The notes beneath the pieces were generated by a model. The model was not told the origin of the DNA. It made no database searches and was given only the letters and a program-made list of their open reading frames with translations. The position numbers and the translations under genes are program-made. A stretch of DNA of 64,000 nucleotides, taken from Gammaproteobacteria bacterium. Its GTDB lineage: Bacteria; Pseudomonadota; Gammaproteobacteria; Steroidobacterales; GCA-2729495. Location of the stretch: NCBI GenBank assembly GCA_024277915.1, contig JAJRUG010000044.1:79490-143489 (forward strand), given 5' to 3'. Position 1 is the stretch's first letter, and every line of letters starts with the position of its first letter. Below are positions 21,166 through 32,618 of this stretch, one piece after another.

Positions 21166-21310
21166 AAAACTTCCAATGCTTCAGGATATTAACGCGACGA
21201 ATTATAGTCGAATGTACGATAATGGGCTTCCGTCACGGAGTGAATTGTAACTGTTTGAGTACAGGTTGGAACCAATGCGTGCAAGCCGGCACGCCAGGGG
21301 AGGACAGGGA

Positions 21311-21961
21311 TTGAAGGCCATGATTCTTGCAGCAGGCCGCGGTGAACGCATGCGACCGTTAACTGATTCGGTTCCCAAGCCTTTGTTACAGGTAAATGGC
21401 AAGCATTTAATCGAGTACCACCTTGAGGCGCTGGCCGGCGCAGGCGTATCGGAGGTCGTGATCAACCTGTGCTGGCTGGGGGAGCAAATCATGGATTTTG
21501 TCGGCGATGGGGCCAGATGGGGAATGCGGGTGCAATACAGTCCCGAAGGGCCTCAAGCCCTTGAGACAGGTGGCGGAATCTTCAGGGCACTTGAGCTACT
21601 GGGCGACAAGCCGTTCTGGCTGGTTAACGGTGATATCTATTGTGAGTATGGCTTTCCCGCGATTGAACTGGAGGGCGACGATCTGGCGCATCTGCTGCTG
21701 GTGGCTAACCCTCCGCACAATGCAGACGGAGATTTCGTATTGTCCGATGGACGGTTGCATGCCCATGGAAATTCCCGTCTGACGTATTCAGGTATCGCGG
21801 TATTGCACCCCGAACTGTTCCAGGGCTGTTCAGACCTCCGGTTTCCACTCGCTCCGTTGCTGGTTTCAGCGATTCAGGCAGCGAGAGTGGCAGGCAGCGA
21901 ATTTACCGGAATCTGGACCGACGTCGGGACTCCACAGCGACTTGAAGAATTGTCCCGCTAA
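21311..21961 (+). CDS. murU: N-acetylmuramate alpha-1-phosphate uridylyltransferase-like nucleotidyltransferase
   Basis: ORF 21266..21961. The TTG at 21311, 8 nt after GGAGGA, gives MKAMILAAGRGERMRPLTDSVPKPLL, the usual MurU N-terminus. It is divergent from lptD, as in Pseudomonas. Confidence 0.75.
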   Translation: MKAMILAAGRGERMRPLTDSVPKPLLQVNGKHLIEYHLEALAGAGVSEVVINLCWLGEQIMDFVGDGARWGMRVQYSPEGPQALETGGGIFRALELLGDKPFWLVNGDIYCEYGFPAIELEGDDLAHLLLVANPPHNADGDFVLSDGRLHAHGNSRLTYSGIAVLHPELFQGCSDLRFPLAPLLVSAIQAARVAGSEFTGIWTDVGTPQRLEELSR

Positions 21962-22035
21962 ATTATTTCCAATTGGAATAGTCGCGACATAATCTTGCAA
22001 TCAGTACCCGATCCTGAAACCCTGCGACAAACCAA

Positions 22036-22122
22036 GGCATTGCCTGTCCGATCTCTTTTTGAAGGAAATAAAGCGGACCGCAGGGAGCCATTCCGTCAAA
22101 AAGAGATCGGACAGGCAATGCC
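22036..22122. repeat. 27-bp perfect inverted repeat with a 33-nt spacer
   Basis: Arms are ggcattgcctgtccgatctctttttga (22036-22062) and tcaaaaagagatcggacaggcaatgcc (22096-22122). It lies between the convergent murU and lipB. Confidence 0.9.
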
Positions 22123-22137
22123 GGGCCATTGGCACCA

Positions 22138-22761
22138 TTAATATTGAAAAAGAGTCTCCATCAGTTCCGGGCAAAGATCATCCGCAACCCGCATCGGGTT
22201 GTCAGGCCCCCCCAGATCCGAAACCTGGGTGACAGCAAGGTCTGCAAACCCGCAGGGGTTGATTCGTGAAAACGGCTCGAGATCCATGCCAACATTAATT
22301 GCCAGCCCGTGATAGCTGCATTTTTTGCGGATGCGCAATCCGAGACTGGCAATTTTTGCTTCCCCAACATAAACACCAGGAGCATCACGCCGCCCGTGGG
22401 CAAGAATTCCGTAGTTGGCCAGCGTATGGATGATCGCTGTTTCCAGCGCCTCTACCAGTTTCCTGATACCCAGGTTATTTCGACCCAGGTCCATCAATGT
22501 GTAAACCACCAGCTGTCCTGGTCCGTGGTAAGTGACATGCCCTCCGCGGTCTGCTTCGATGACGGGAATATCACCGGCTGCCAGCAAATGACTGCGATCA
22601 GCATTCATACCCAGTGTAAATACACCGGGATGTTCCAGAAACCATATTTCATCAGCAGAGTTTTCCGAACGCTGTTCAGTAAACTCGCGCATGTCTTTGA
22701 GTGTCCGGGCATAGTCAATCAGGCCCGGTCGACGAATAACGGTTTCAGGTGATGTTTTCAC
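22138..22761 (-). CDS. lipB: octanoyltransferase
   Basis: 207 aa with HPGVFTLG and RGGHVTYHGPGQLV motifs. Confidence 0.9.
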   Translation of the reverse strand: MKTSPETVIRRPGLIDYARTLKDMREFTEQRSENSADEIWFLEHPGVFTLGMNADRSHLLAAGDIPVIEADRGGHVTYHGPGQLVVYTLMDLGRNNLGIRKLVEALETAIIHTLANYGILAHGRRDAPGVYVGEAKIASLGLRIRKKCSYHGLAINVGMDLEPFSRINPCGFADLAVTQVSDLGGPDNPMRVADDLCPELMETLFQY

Positions 22762-23021
22762 TATAAGACAAAGCGAACAGATTCCAGCGCGGTGAGTTCC
22801 TGGTATATCGCATCGAGTTGAGTCTGACTTTTCGCCGTTATCACTACACTGACCGACAGGTATTTCCCGTTGCTGCTGGGATTTACTGTAATAGCGTCTT
22901 CAGGTAATTCGCCGGCATGAGCACTGATAATGCGCGTGACTGTGGACTGAAAATCGCCATGGTCGAGGCCAATTGCCTTGATCGGGAACTGGCAGGGAAA
23001 CTCAAGAAGCGAGTCTTCCAT
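22761..23021 (-). CDS. ybeD: YbeD/DUF493-family protein
   Basis: 86 aa. LEFPCQFPIKAIG is typical of the family, and the position upstream of lipB is conserved. Confidence 0.8.
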   Translation of the reverse strand: MEDSLLEFPCQFPIKAIGLDHGDFQSTVTRIISAHAGELPEDAITVNPSSNGKYLSVSVVITAKSQTQLDAIYQELTALESVRFVL

Positions 23022-23884
23022 TAGCTGCCATTCCTGTTTCCCGGTTTTCGAGCAGCAAACAGTCCGGCAAGTTGTTGCCAGACAGGCCCGGGTGAGCCAT
23101 CACCTACCGGTTGTCCATCGATCATTGTGACTGGTGCGATATTTTTCGTTGCACTGGTGAGCCAGACTTCATCTGCTCGCCGTAGTCGCTGTTCGGAAAT
23201 GGCTTCCTCCCGGCAGGGTATGCCAACCTCACCAGCCAGTTGCAAAACCAGTTCGCTCGTTGTGCCGGGGAGGATATCAGGCCCGTTAGGTCGTCGAATC
23301 AGCACACCCTGTTCTACAATCATCACAGAGCTGGTGCCACCCTCGGTAACGAAACCGTCTCGAAGCAGTATCGCATCGCTTGCACCGGCTGTTTTTGCCT
23401 GCTGGCGAATCAGAACATTGGCGATCATTGATGTAGATTTGATATCGCACCGGCCCCAGCGATTATCCGGCATCGTGATAGCCTTTATTGCTGTTGGCAG
23501 TTGACCCGGATCCTGAATTACCGTGACCATGCCGAACACGGTGGGCTTGATCGCAGCGGGGAAAACGTGATCCCTGCCGCTATCAGCGCCGCGACTGGTT
23601 TGAAGATATACAGCGATATCACCGCCGCCGTTTTTATCAATCAGTCCGGTAACAATATTTTCCCACTCGTCATCAGTATGCGGATTCGCGATCTGTAGCG
23701 CGGCAAGGCTTTTTCCAATCCGTCGGAGATGAGCATCGAGCAACATCGGCTTGCTCCCGTACACCGGGATAACCTCATATACTGCATCACCAAACAGGAA
23801 ACCGCGATCCAGCGGTGAAATCTGGGCTGATTCAATCGGGACGAAAGAACCGTTCAGATAGGCAACAGGCAATGCTTGTGCCAC
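23021..23884 (-). CDS. class IV (D-amino-acid / branched-chain) aminotransferase
   Basis: 287 aa with YLNGSFVPIESAQISPLDRGFLFGDAVYEVIPVY and CDIKSTSM (PLP lysine region). Confidence 0.8.
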   Translation of the reverse strand: MAQALPVAYLNGSFVPIESAQISPLDRGFLFGDAVYEVIPVYGSKPMLLDAHLRRIGKSLAALQIANPHTDDEWENIVTGLIDKNGGGDIAVYLQTSRGADSGRDHVFPAAIKPTVFGMVTVIQDPGQLPTAIKAITMPDNRWGRCDIKSTSMIANVLIRQQAKTAGASDAILLRDGFVTEGGTSSVMIVEQGVLIRRPNGPDILPGTTSELVLQLAGEVGIPCREEAISEQRLRRADEVWLTSATKNIAPVTMIDGQPVGDGSPGPVWQQLAGLFAARKPGNRNGS

Positions 23885-23890
23885 GAATCT

Positions 23891-25033
23891 CTACTCAAGC
23901 CAGAGGAGAACGGAGTCTTTGGACCGCTGCCAGAGCGTCCCTCGCCCAACCGTTGATAGTGCAAATAGCTGCGCCTTTGCCAGGGTCTCATCTGCCAGAT
24001 TGACCGTCAGAGTGCCAAGCTGTGATTCCGGGTTGATGGGAGCGGTAATCTCGGCCATCAGGTCAAGTTTTGCTTCGAGCAAATCGTAGCTGCCGCGAGG
24101 GATGGTGACGTACAGATCTTCTCTCACGCTGAGCCCTGTGCTGTCAGTTGTCCCCTTCCAGACCCTGGTCTCTGCAACAGTATCGCCGGCCGGGTATACC
24201 AGCCGCGTTTCGAAAAAGCGAAATCCGTAATTGAGCAGGGTCTGGGAATCATTTGCCCGGGCACGTGAGCTTTTGGTTCCAAGAACAACCGAGATCAATC
24301 GCATATCCTCTCGTTTGGCCGAAGAAACCAGGCAATAACCCGCATTTTCCGTGTAACCGGTTTTCATGCCGTCTACGCTTGCATCACGCCACAGCAACGC
24401 ATTGCGGTTTTTTTGCTCGATACCGTTGTAGGCAAACATTTTTTGCGAATACCAGTTGTAGTATTCGGGGAACTCACGAATGATAGCACTCGCCAGAATC
24501 GCAATATCGGTTGCGGAGGTGTAATGGTTTTCGTCTGTCAGCCCCGTGCTGTTCATATAGTGTGTGTTGGTCATGCCGAGTTCAAAGGCATACTGGTTCA
24601 TAAGTTCCGAAAACATTTCAACTGAACCGGCAACATGTTCTGCCAGCGCGACACTGGCATCGTTGCCGGATTGAACAATCATGCCCTGCAGCAGATCCTC
24701 TATGCTGACTTTCGTATTGACTTCGATAAACATTCTCGATCCGCCGGTGCGCCAGGCTTTCTCGCTGATCGTCGCCTGGTCCTGCAATGTGATTTGCCGG
24801 TTTTTTATTGAGCGAAATACAACATAAGCAGTCATCAGCTTGGTAATACTAGCCGGATCCAGTCGCTCGCCAGGATTTTTTGAGGCAAGTATGCGACCAC
24901 TGTTATGGTCGATCAGTAAATATCCTGCTGCATTCAGCGCAGGTGGTGACGGGGTTGCTACCTGCGCTACTGTGACCAACGGGGCAACGAAACAAACAAC
25001 AGTTGTCAGGAAGGAAACAATTACTCTGCTCAT
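23891..25033 (-). CDS. D-alanyl-D-alanine carboxypeptidase (PBP5/6 class)
   Basis: 380 aa with a signal peptide and the SxxK (SITK), SGN and KTG motifs. Confidence 0.9.
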   Translation of the reverse strand: MSRVIVSFLTTVVCFVAPLVTVAQVATPSPPALNAAGYLLIDHNSGRILASKNPGERLDPASITKLMTAYVVFRSIKNRQITLQDQATISEKAWRTGGSRMFIEVNTKVSIEDLLQGMIVQSGNDASVALAEHVAGSVEMFSELMNQYAFELGMTNTHYMNSTGLTDENHYTSATDIAILASAIIREFPEYYNWYSQKMFAYNGIEQKNRNALLWRDASVDGMKTGYTENAGYCLVSSAKREDMRLISVVLGTKSSRARANDSQTLLNYGFRFFETRLVYPAGDTVAETRVWKGTTDSTGLSVREDLYVTIPRGSYDLLEAKLDLMAEITAPINPESQLGTLTVNLADETLAKAQLFALSTVGRGTLWQRSKDSVLLWLE

Positions 25034-25104
25034 GCTTACTACTATTCCATGCGAAAGATGTGCGGGAGGCGAACCTGGTCAAAAGGAACCGGGTTTGTGG
25101 TGTG

Positions 25105-25938
25105 CTAACTACCCGCTATTGGAGAAAGACTATTGTGTTCACTTTCAGGTTCCACAACCAGGTGTGGATCATGTATTGACAGCGTAGCCACGTGCCTGAC
25201 AAGAGCATCATACTCTGCAATATCGGCAAGCGGGCCTATCCTGACCCGGTAGACCGGCAGGCTATCGCTTTGATCGCTATGAATTACCACTCTGGTGATG
25301 CCGATTGTTTCGAGTTGCTGGCGCAGTCGTTGGGCATTCTGACCATCAGAGAAAGCGCCGACCTGCAAAAAGAGTATTCCGGAAACCTGATCACCAATCA
25401 TCACTGGTGTCCCGTCGGCCTTCGATACGGCACTTTTGCGGCCGGGATCAGTCAAGGCGACAACTTCCACCATAGCTGTCCCGGCATTGATCATGTCAAG
25501 TTTGCTCGCTGCAGCGAATGACAGGTCAATAATTCGATCGCCAACGAACGGGCCACGGTCGTTGACGCGCACAATGACTTCCTTGCCATTGCGCAGGTTG
25601 GTAACGCTGACCATTGTTGGCAGCGGCAGGGTTTTGTGGGCTGCCGTCATGGCGTGCATGTCGTAGATCTCACCACTGGAGGTGGGATTGCCGTGAAATT
25701 TTTTACCATACCATGATGCCACACCGCGTTCGGTGTGCCCGGCCGAGCTGGCCAGCACATAGTAGCGATTTCCGAATACCTCGTAGAAAGGCGGGTTTCC
25801 ACGTGAGCTGCGTTCAGTCTGGCTACCGGTTTGGCGGGGCGTCGGGTCTTTCCACTGGACAGGTGCGCAAGCGCTGGCCAATACGCCGAGTAGCAGCAAT
25901 GCTGAAGTCATTCGCCAACTGGTAAGTCTAGCTTGCAT
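25105..25938 (-). CDS. rlpA: septal-ring lytic transglycosylase RlpA (DPBB + SPOR)
   Basis: 277 aa with lipobox LASAC, a DPBB core GVASWYGKKFHGNPTSSGE and a C-terminal SPOR-like domain FLQVGAFSDGQNAQRL. Confidence 0.85.
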   Translation of the reverse strand: MQARLTSWRMTSALLLLGVLASACAPVQWKDPTPRQTGSQTERSSRGNPPFYEVFGNRYYVLASSAGHTERGVASWYGKKFHGNPTSSGEIYDMHAMTAAHKTLPLPTMVSVTNLRNGKEVIVRVNDRGPFVGDRIIDLSFAAASKLDMINAGTAMVEVVALTDPGRKSAVSKADGTPVMIGDQVSGILFLQVGAFSDGQNAQRLRQQLETIGITRVVIHSDQSDSLPVYRVRIGPLADIAEYDALVRHVATLSIHDPHLVVEPESEHNSLSPIAGS

Positions 25939-26965
25939 TGGGGGGTTCCATATCAGAGCGTTCCAGAGCCGCGGCGAGAATCGACTCGCTCAGCTGGAAT
26001 ACAGAAAGAGCATACATGGTGCTGCGGTTATAGCGGGTGATGACGTAAAAATTATGGAACCCTACCCAGTATTCAATCCCGTTTTCTCCATCGAGCTGGA
26101 TGAGCTGTGCTGGCGCCGATGGGCTCAGGCTTGCCTCGAACCGAATGCCACGTTTCGTCAGCGAAGCAATCGTATCTTTCATTTTCAGCTTGTTTTTTGC
26201 TGCCGGAGGGGTGCTGTCACCGGTAGTACCTGTAACAACAACAGGCTCACCCGGCTTCCATTTATGCGCAGTAAAATAATTGGCGACGCTGGCCAGAACA
26301 TCATCCCAGTTCGAAAACAGGTCCCGGCGGCCATCACCATTGCCATCTACCGCATAATGACGATAGCTGCTGGGCATGAACTGTGGTGCACCAATCGCTC
26401 CGGCATAGGAACCGGTCAGTTCAAGAAGCTCCAGTTTCTCCTCGCGAGCGATCAGGAAGAACTGTTCAAGTTCAGAACGAAAAAACTTGCTGCGTGGCGG
26501 ATAGTCAAATCCAAGCGTCACCAGCGCATCGATAACCCGGAAATTGCCGGTGATTCTTCCGTAGGAGGTTTCAACACCCACGATCGCCACAATGATTTCA
26601 ACAGGTACGCCGGTTTGTTCAGAGATTCTTTCTAGTAAATCCTGATGCTTGCGCATGAAATCCACACCCGCGCTGATACGTTTGGGCGTGACAAAAATGG
26701 ACCGGTACTCATGCCACGGTTTGGTTCGTTCTGCCGGCCGGCTGATGGCATCAAGAATACGCGGCTGGGAAACGCTCTGTTGCAGTACAGCGCGAATGGT
26801 TTCCTCATCGAAATCGTGTTTCGATACCATTTCAGCAATGAATGCCTGAACATCGGCGCGATCAGTGTCAATTGCCGAGGAAAGCGAGGGGGCGAATACA
26901 GCAAGAATGCCACCCAGAAGAGCGACATGGATATTCTGGAGCAGGTTTCTGATAATCCGTTTCAT
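25928..26965 (-). CDS. mltB: lytic murein transglycosylase B
   Basis: 345 aa with the GVETSYG catalytic region and APQFMPSSY. Confidence 0.85.
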   Translation of the reverse strand: MKRIIRNLLQNIHVALLGGILAVFAPSLSSAIDTDRADVQAFIAEMVSKHDFDEETIRAVLQQSVSQPRILDAISRPAERTKPWHEYRSIFVTPKRISAGVDFMRKHQDLLERISEQTGVPVEIIVAIVGVETSYGRITGNFRVIDALVTLGFDYPPRSKFFRSELEQFFLIAREEKLELLELTGSYAGAIGAPQFMPSSYRHYAVDGNGDGRRDLFSNWDDVLASVANYFTAHKWKPGEPVVVTGTTGDSTPPAAKNKLKMKDTIASLTKRGIRFEASLSPSAPAQLIQLDGENGIEYWVGFHNFYVITRYNRSTMYALSVFQLSESILAAALERSDMEPPNAS

Positions 26966-28056
26966 CGTGCAAGTAGCTTCCGGTGCGTTTTGATAGACAT
27001 GAGAATACCGAAACCCGCCATCAGGGTCACCATGGATGTTCCGCCCGCGCTGACCAGCGGGAGGGGGACACCAACCACGGGTAACAATCCGGTGACCATT
27101 GCGGAATTGACGAACACGTAGAAAAAGAAGGTAATGCTGATGGTGCCGGCCAGAATGCGGGAAAATGTATCCTGAGCCATCGCAGCAATAAACAAACCCC
27201 GCCCTACGATGAAAAGATAGATGAGCAAAATTGCTGTACCGCCCATCAACCCGAATTCTTCTCCGATGACGGCAAAAATAAAGTCGGTGGAGCGCTCCGG
27301 AAGAAATTCCAGCTGACCCTGGCTACCATTCAGCCAGCCCTTGCCAAATATCCCTCCTGAACCGATGGCGATTTTCGACTGGATAATGTGATAGCCGGTA
27401 CCCAGAGGGTCGCGGTCAGGATCGAGCAGGGTTAATACACGCTGTTTTTGATAGTCACGCATGAAATACCAAAGTACCGGCATCGATCCCAGAGCGAGCG
27501 CGGTCGCTGAAAGAATGTAGCCGATCCCAATGCCGGCCAGAAAAATGACTGCGGCTCCGCTGAGTCCGATCATAATCGCGGTGCCGAGATCCGGCTGCAG
27601 CCCTATCATGCCCGCCGTGATGAGTACCAATATCATGGTGACCAATATGGTGCCCGCAGACGGAGGTAACGGGCGTTCATGCAGGTACCAGGCCATCACC
27701 ATGGGCAGGGCCAGCTTTAGTATCTCGGAGGGCTGGAATCTGACACCGATATCAAGCCATCGTTGAGCACCCTTGCCCACATCACCTCCGACCAGAACCA
27801 GTGCGAGCAATACCAGCCCTGCCAGGTAAACCCATGGTGCGGCACGCCGCAACAGGCCGGGCTCTACCTGCGCCATTATCAGCAAGGCTGCAATCGCAGC
27901 AAGAATACGCATCCCCTGGGATGTCAGCATCGCCCCGTTCTGGCCGACGGCGCTATACAGCGCCAGGAGCCCGACACCCAGAATGGCAAAAATACCCAGC
28001 AGCAGGGGGCCGTCAAGGTGCAGGTGATAGAGCAGCCGATTACCGCGAGGGGGCAT
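26962..28056 (-). CDS. rodA: peptidoglycan glycosyltransferase RodA (SEDS family)
   Basis: 364-aa polytopic FtsW/RodA/SpoVE-like protein, immediately downstream of mrdA. Confidence 0.9.
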   Translation of the reverse strand: MPPRGNRLLYHLHLDGPLLLGIFAILGVGLLALYSAVGQNGAMLTSQGMRILAAIAALLIMAQVEPGLLRRAAPWVYLAGLVLLALVLVGGDVGKGAQRWLDIGVRFQPSEILKLALPMVMAWYLHERPLPPSAGTILVTMILVLITAGMIGLQPDLGTAIMIGLSGAAVIFLAGIGIGYILSATALALGSMPVLWYFMRDYQKQRVLTLLDPDRDPLGTGYHIIQSKIAIGSGGIFGKGWLNGSQGQLEFLPERSTDFIFAVIGEEFGLMGGTAILLIYLFIVGRGLFIAAMAQDTFSRILAGTISITFFFYVFVNSAMVTGLLPVVGVPLPLVSAGGTSMVTLMAGFGILMSIKTHRKLLAR

Positions 28057-28080
28057 GTCTTTTCGCTGTACTGGATATCA

Positions 28081-29937
28081 CTAAAGGTTCCTCAGGTAGG
28101 CTTCCATCACTTGCCGGGCCACAGGGGCGGCTACTCCGCTGCCGCTTTCTCCATTTTCAACAATCACTGCTACGGCAATTTGCGGATCTTCGATCGGAGC
28201 GAATGCAACGAACAAAGCATGATCGCGCATGCGCTCGGTAATTGCCTCGGAATCATATTCCGCATCCTGTGCAACCGAAAATACCTGCGCGGTGCCGCTT
28301 TTTCCGGCCATCAGGAATGGTGCACCTTTGGCGACTGCTCTTGCAGTGCCGCGGGGTTCCGACATCACTCCCAGCATTCCCGCAATAATGCGATTCCAGT
28401 GCTCCGTATTGGTATCAGGTACCGGATCCATTTCCTGATGCGATATTGCCCGGGTCGCGCCAGTGGCGGGATTGTGAATAGCACGCAGCAGGTGAGGACG
28501 AAACCGCCGCCCCTGTTTGCTGATTGTGGCCACGGCCTGTGCCAGTTGCAGAGGGGTGGTCAGAAGATACCCCTGACCGATGCCGGTGATGACAGTCTCA
28601 CCGGGAAACCATACCCGGTCGCCCGGATCGGAAAATGCCCTGCGCTTCCAGGCTCTCGAAGGCACCAGTCCGCTTTTCTCTCCACTCACATCGATACCGG
28701 TTGCGGAGCCCAGGCCGAACTGCTCCAGTATCATCTGCATTCGGTCAATGCCCATGTCTACTGCAAGCGAATAGAAATAGGTATCACAAGACTCGGCAAT
28801 AGCATCCTGCATGTTCACCATGCCATGTCCCTGGCGTTTCCAGTCCCGGTATCGATGGCTCTTGCCGGGTAGTGTGAAGTATCCCCGGCACATGATACGT
28901 CGCTCAGGGTCGAAGTTTGTGTCCTGGATAGCTGCCAGCGCGAGGATCGGCTTGATGGTTGAACCCGGCGGATAGCTGCCGCGCAGTGCTCTGTTGAACA
29001 GTGGCTGATCGGGATTGCCCTGCAGTGCCCTGAATTGACTGCGGCTTAAACCAACACTGATAGTATTCGGATCGAATGTAGGGGTGCTGACGAATACCAG
29101 TACCTCACCGGTTGAGGGTTCAATGGCTACGACTGCGCCGCGCCAATCTTCCATTGCCGCTATTGCTGCAAGCTGTGCGTCGATATCGAGAGTGAGGAAC
29201 AGGTCTTGCCCGGGTGTCGATGGTTCGCCGTCGAGTACCTGCATGATACGTCCACGAGCGTTGACCAGCACTTCCTGCGTACCGACTGCGCCATGTAACT
29301 CGGCCTCATAGGCCCGTTCAATTGATATTTTTCCAATGTGCGATGTGCCAGCGTAGTTGGCCCGGTTCAGGGATTCCTTGTCGGCGGCGTTGATGCCGCC
29401 CATGTAGCCAAGAGCATGCGCTACAGCACCTCCATGGGGATAGTTTCTGATGAGCCGCGCACGAATTTCAATGCCCGGGAAGTTCAGTCTTTTTACTGCA
29501 AACCGGGCGACCTCCTCGTCGCTCAACCTGAGCCGAACCGGTACAGATTCGAAGCGCCGGCTGCTTTTGATCCGTTCGTTGAGGGCATCAATATTTGCTG
29601 GATCGATCAGTTCGAGCGCCACCAGCGCTGCCAAAGCGTCATCGACACCCGGAACCTGCTCAGGTATCAGTTCCAGCTGATAGGTGGGCAGGTTCTCCGC
29701 AAGAACTTTTCCGTTGCGGTCGAAAACCAGTCCACGTGTTGGCGGCACAGGCTGAAGCCGAATCCTGTTGCCTTGAGACTGTGCCGAGAAGTACTCATAT
29801 TCGAAAATCTGTAACTGGGTCAGTCGCCCGGCAACTACGCTGGTCAGGATGACGACGAATAACCCGGACCAGATAATGCGCCGAAAAAACAACTGCTGTT
29901 CGGCCCAGTGATTCTTTATGCTCAGTGTGTACGACAT
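28081..29937 (-). CDS. mrdA: penicillin-binding protein 2
   Basis: 618 aa with an N-terminal TM helix and transpeptidase motifs STIKP and KSGTA. Confidence 0.92.
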   Translation of the reverse strand: MSYTLSIKNHWAEQQLFFRRIIWSGLFVVILTSVVAGRLTQLQIFEYEYFSAQSQGNRIRLQPVPPTRGLVFDRNGKVLAENLPTYQLELIPEQVPGVDDALAALVALELIDPANIDALNERIKSSRRFESVPVRLRLSDEEVARFAVKRLNFPGIEIRARLIRNYPHGGAVAHALGYMGGINAADKESLNRANYAGTSHIGKISIERAYEAELHGAVGTQEVLVNARGRIMQVLDGEPSTPGQDLFLTLDIDAQLAAIAAMEDWRGAVVAIEPSTGEVLVFVSTPTFDPNTISVGLSRSQFRALQGNPDQPLFNRALRGSYPPGSTIKPILALAAIQDTNFDPERRIMCRGYFTLPGKSHRYRDWKRQGHGMVNMQDAIAESCDTYFYSLAVDMGIDRMQMILEQFGLGSATGIDVSGEKSGLVPSRAWKRRAFSDPGDRVWFPGETVITGIGQGYLLTTPLQLAQAVATISKQGRRFRPHLLRAIHNPATGATRAISHQEMDPVPDTNTEHWNRIIAGMLGVMSEPRGTARAVAKGAPFLMAGKSGTAQVFSVAQDAEYDSEAITERMRDHALFVAFAPIEDPQIAVAVIVENGESGSGVAAPVARQVMEAYLRNL

Positions 29938-30438
29938 TTACAGGATAGTCCGATCCTGGGATTTCAGGCTCTCTCGCAGCCTGTCCATAAGTCCCATCAC
30001 CAACGGCCAGAGAATTGCGCCGGTGAGCACCTGGCTCCAGCGTGCCAGGCCGCCAAGCGGGTTGCCCGCATAACCATCGATTAATAGCAGGATCAGCGAA
30101 TTGATCGCGAGCAGGGAAAATACTGTGACCGTGAGCTGCCAAAGCGGAAAAATCCGGATTTGCAGGTGAAACTTGAGGGTCAGATAGGCTACCGCAGCGA
30201 GTGCGATGGCGTGTTGTCCAAGCAGCGCGCCCTGCAATATATCCAGAAACAAGCCTACGAACCATGCGCTCCCCAGGCCAAAGCGCTGTGGCCACATCAT
30301 CGACCAGTAGATGACAGCCATGGCCGCCAGCGGTGGCCGCACCGGTTGCAACCAGTCCGGCAAGGGCAGTGCTGCGAATGTAACGGTTGCCATGAGAACG
30401 AGCCATACCGGCCACATTCTTCGGTTATTTCGGCTCAT
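29938..30438 (-). CDS. mreD: rod shape-determining protein MreD
   Basis: 166-aa polytopic membrane protein located between mreC and mrdA. Confidence 0.85.
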   Translation of the reverse strand: MSRNNRRMWPVWLVLMATVTFAALPLPDWLQPVRPPLAAMAVIYWSMMWPQRFGLGSAWFVGLFLDILQGALLGQHAIALAAVAYLTLKFHLQIRIFPLWQLTVTVFSLLAINSLILLLIDGYAGNPLGGLARWSQVLTGAILWPLVMGLMDRLRESLKSQDRTIL

Positions 30439-31346
30439 GGCTGATCACCGTCTGCCATTTCGTTCTCAGCCTGATCGGTGTTGGTAGCGATTTCTGGTGG
30501 CGCTTCGTCGCCCGGCCAAAGCAACAGAACTTCGCGAACCCGATTCAGGGCGGCGGTAGGCGTTGCAGTCACCGTCAGAAATGGCTCGCCACTGATATCC
30601 AGAACTTCATCGACCATCGCCACCGGATACCCGGCAGGGAATGTCCCCCCCAGACCGGAAGTTACCAGCAGGTCACCGCGGCGCACATCACCGTTTCGTG
30701 GCAGGAATGGCAGCGACAAGTGATCCCTGTCACCGGTACCCATGGCGATGGTGCGTAATTGGTTGCGGACAATCTCGACCGGCACTGCGTGGTCGGCATC
30801 GGTAATCAGTATTGCTTCCGATTTGACGATCTGGTCGCGGGTAATCTGCCCGACAACCCCCTGTGCATCGATCAGTGCCTGTCCTTCAAATGCCCCGTCT
30901 TTGCTTCCCTTGTTGACGATGATCTGATGCCTGAACGGGTTCATGTCGACTGACATGATTTCAGCAATCAGCACTCGCTCTCCTACCTTGGCTGTTGATT
31001 CGAGCAGCGCCCGCAACCGGACATTTTCTGCTTCCAGTGCTGCCATTCGCTGCAGGTGGCCACTTTGTATCAGAATCTTGTGGCGCATGGTCTCATTGTC
31101 TTCTATAAGATCGGCACGGGTGCTCAGTGATTCAGAAGCCCAGCGTCCCAGTGCTGCCGGCGCATTAACCGCGACCTGCAGGGGGTAAACCGACCACTCC
31201 AGAAATCGGCGAACGTTTTTCAGGTGCTGGTTCTGATAGTCGAACACCATCAGGGTCAGAGAAAGAATAATAAACAGAATAAGTCGCAGGCCGGGGCTTG
31301 TGCCGCGAAAGGCACTTGGGTCGCTGTCGGGTGTATTCAGCGCCAT
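30435..31346 (-). CDS. mreC: rod shape-determining protein MreC
   Basis: 303 aa with an N-terminal TM helix, a coiled coil (LEAENVRLRALLE) and beta-rich C-domains. Confidence 0.9.
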   Translation of the reverse strand: MALNTPDSDPSAFRGTSPGLRLILFIILSLTLMVFDYQNQHLKNVRRFLEWSVYPLQVAVNAPAALGRWASESLSTRADLIEDNETMRHKILIQSGHLQRMAALEAENVRLRALLESTAKVGERVLIAEIMSVDMNPFRHQIIVNKGSKDGAFEGQALIDAQGVVGQITRDQIVKSEAILITDADHAVPVEIVRNQLRTIAMGTGDRDHLSLPFLPRNGDVRRGDLLVTSGLGGTFPAGYPVAMVDEVLDISGEPFLTVTATPTAALNRVREVLLLWPGDEAPPEIATNTDQAENEMADGDQP

Positions 31347-31455
31347 GTTTTCAGCAGGACTCTCGTTGCTTCAACTCGTCGGTGTAACAGGTTGATTCAT
31401 TCGTTGGGCCGATTTTGCAGACCGGTGTAACGGGCCGGTTGTACACCAGCGCTGA

Positions 31456-32583
<1,128 letters not shown>

Positions 32584-32618
32584 TCATTATGCGCTTCCGG
32601 ATATCAGGCTCGATCATC

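Noticed and set aside
27763-28872. 369-aa plus-strand ORF spanning the rodA/mrdA junction
   Set aside because: It is antisense to two highly conserved genes and crosses their intergenic gap. Its composition is typical of GC-rich antisense frames, and I recognised no motif.
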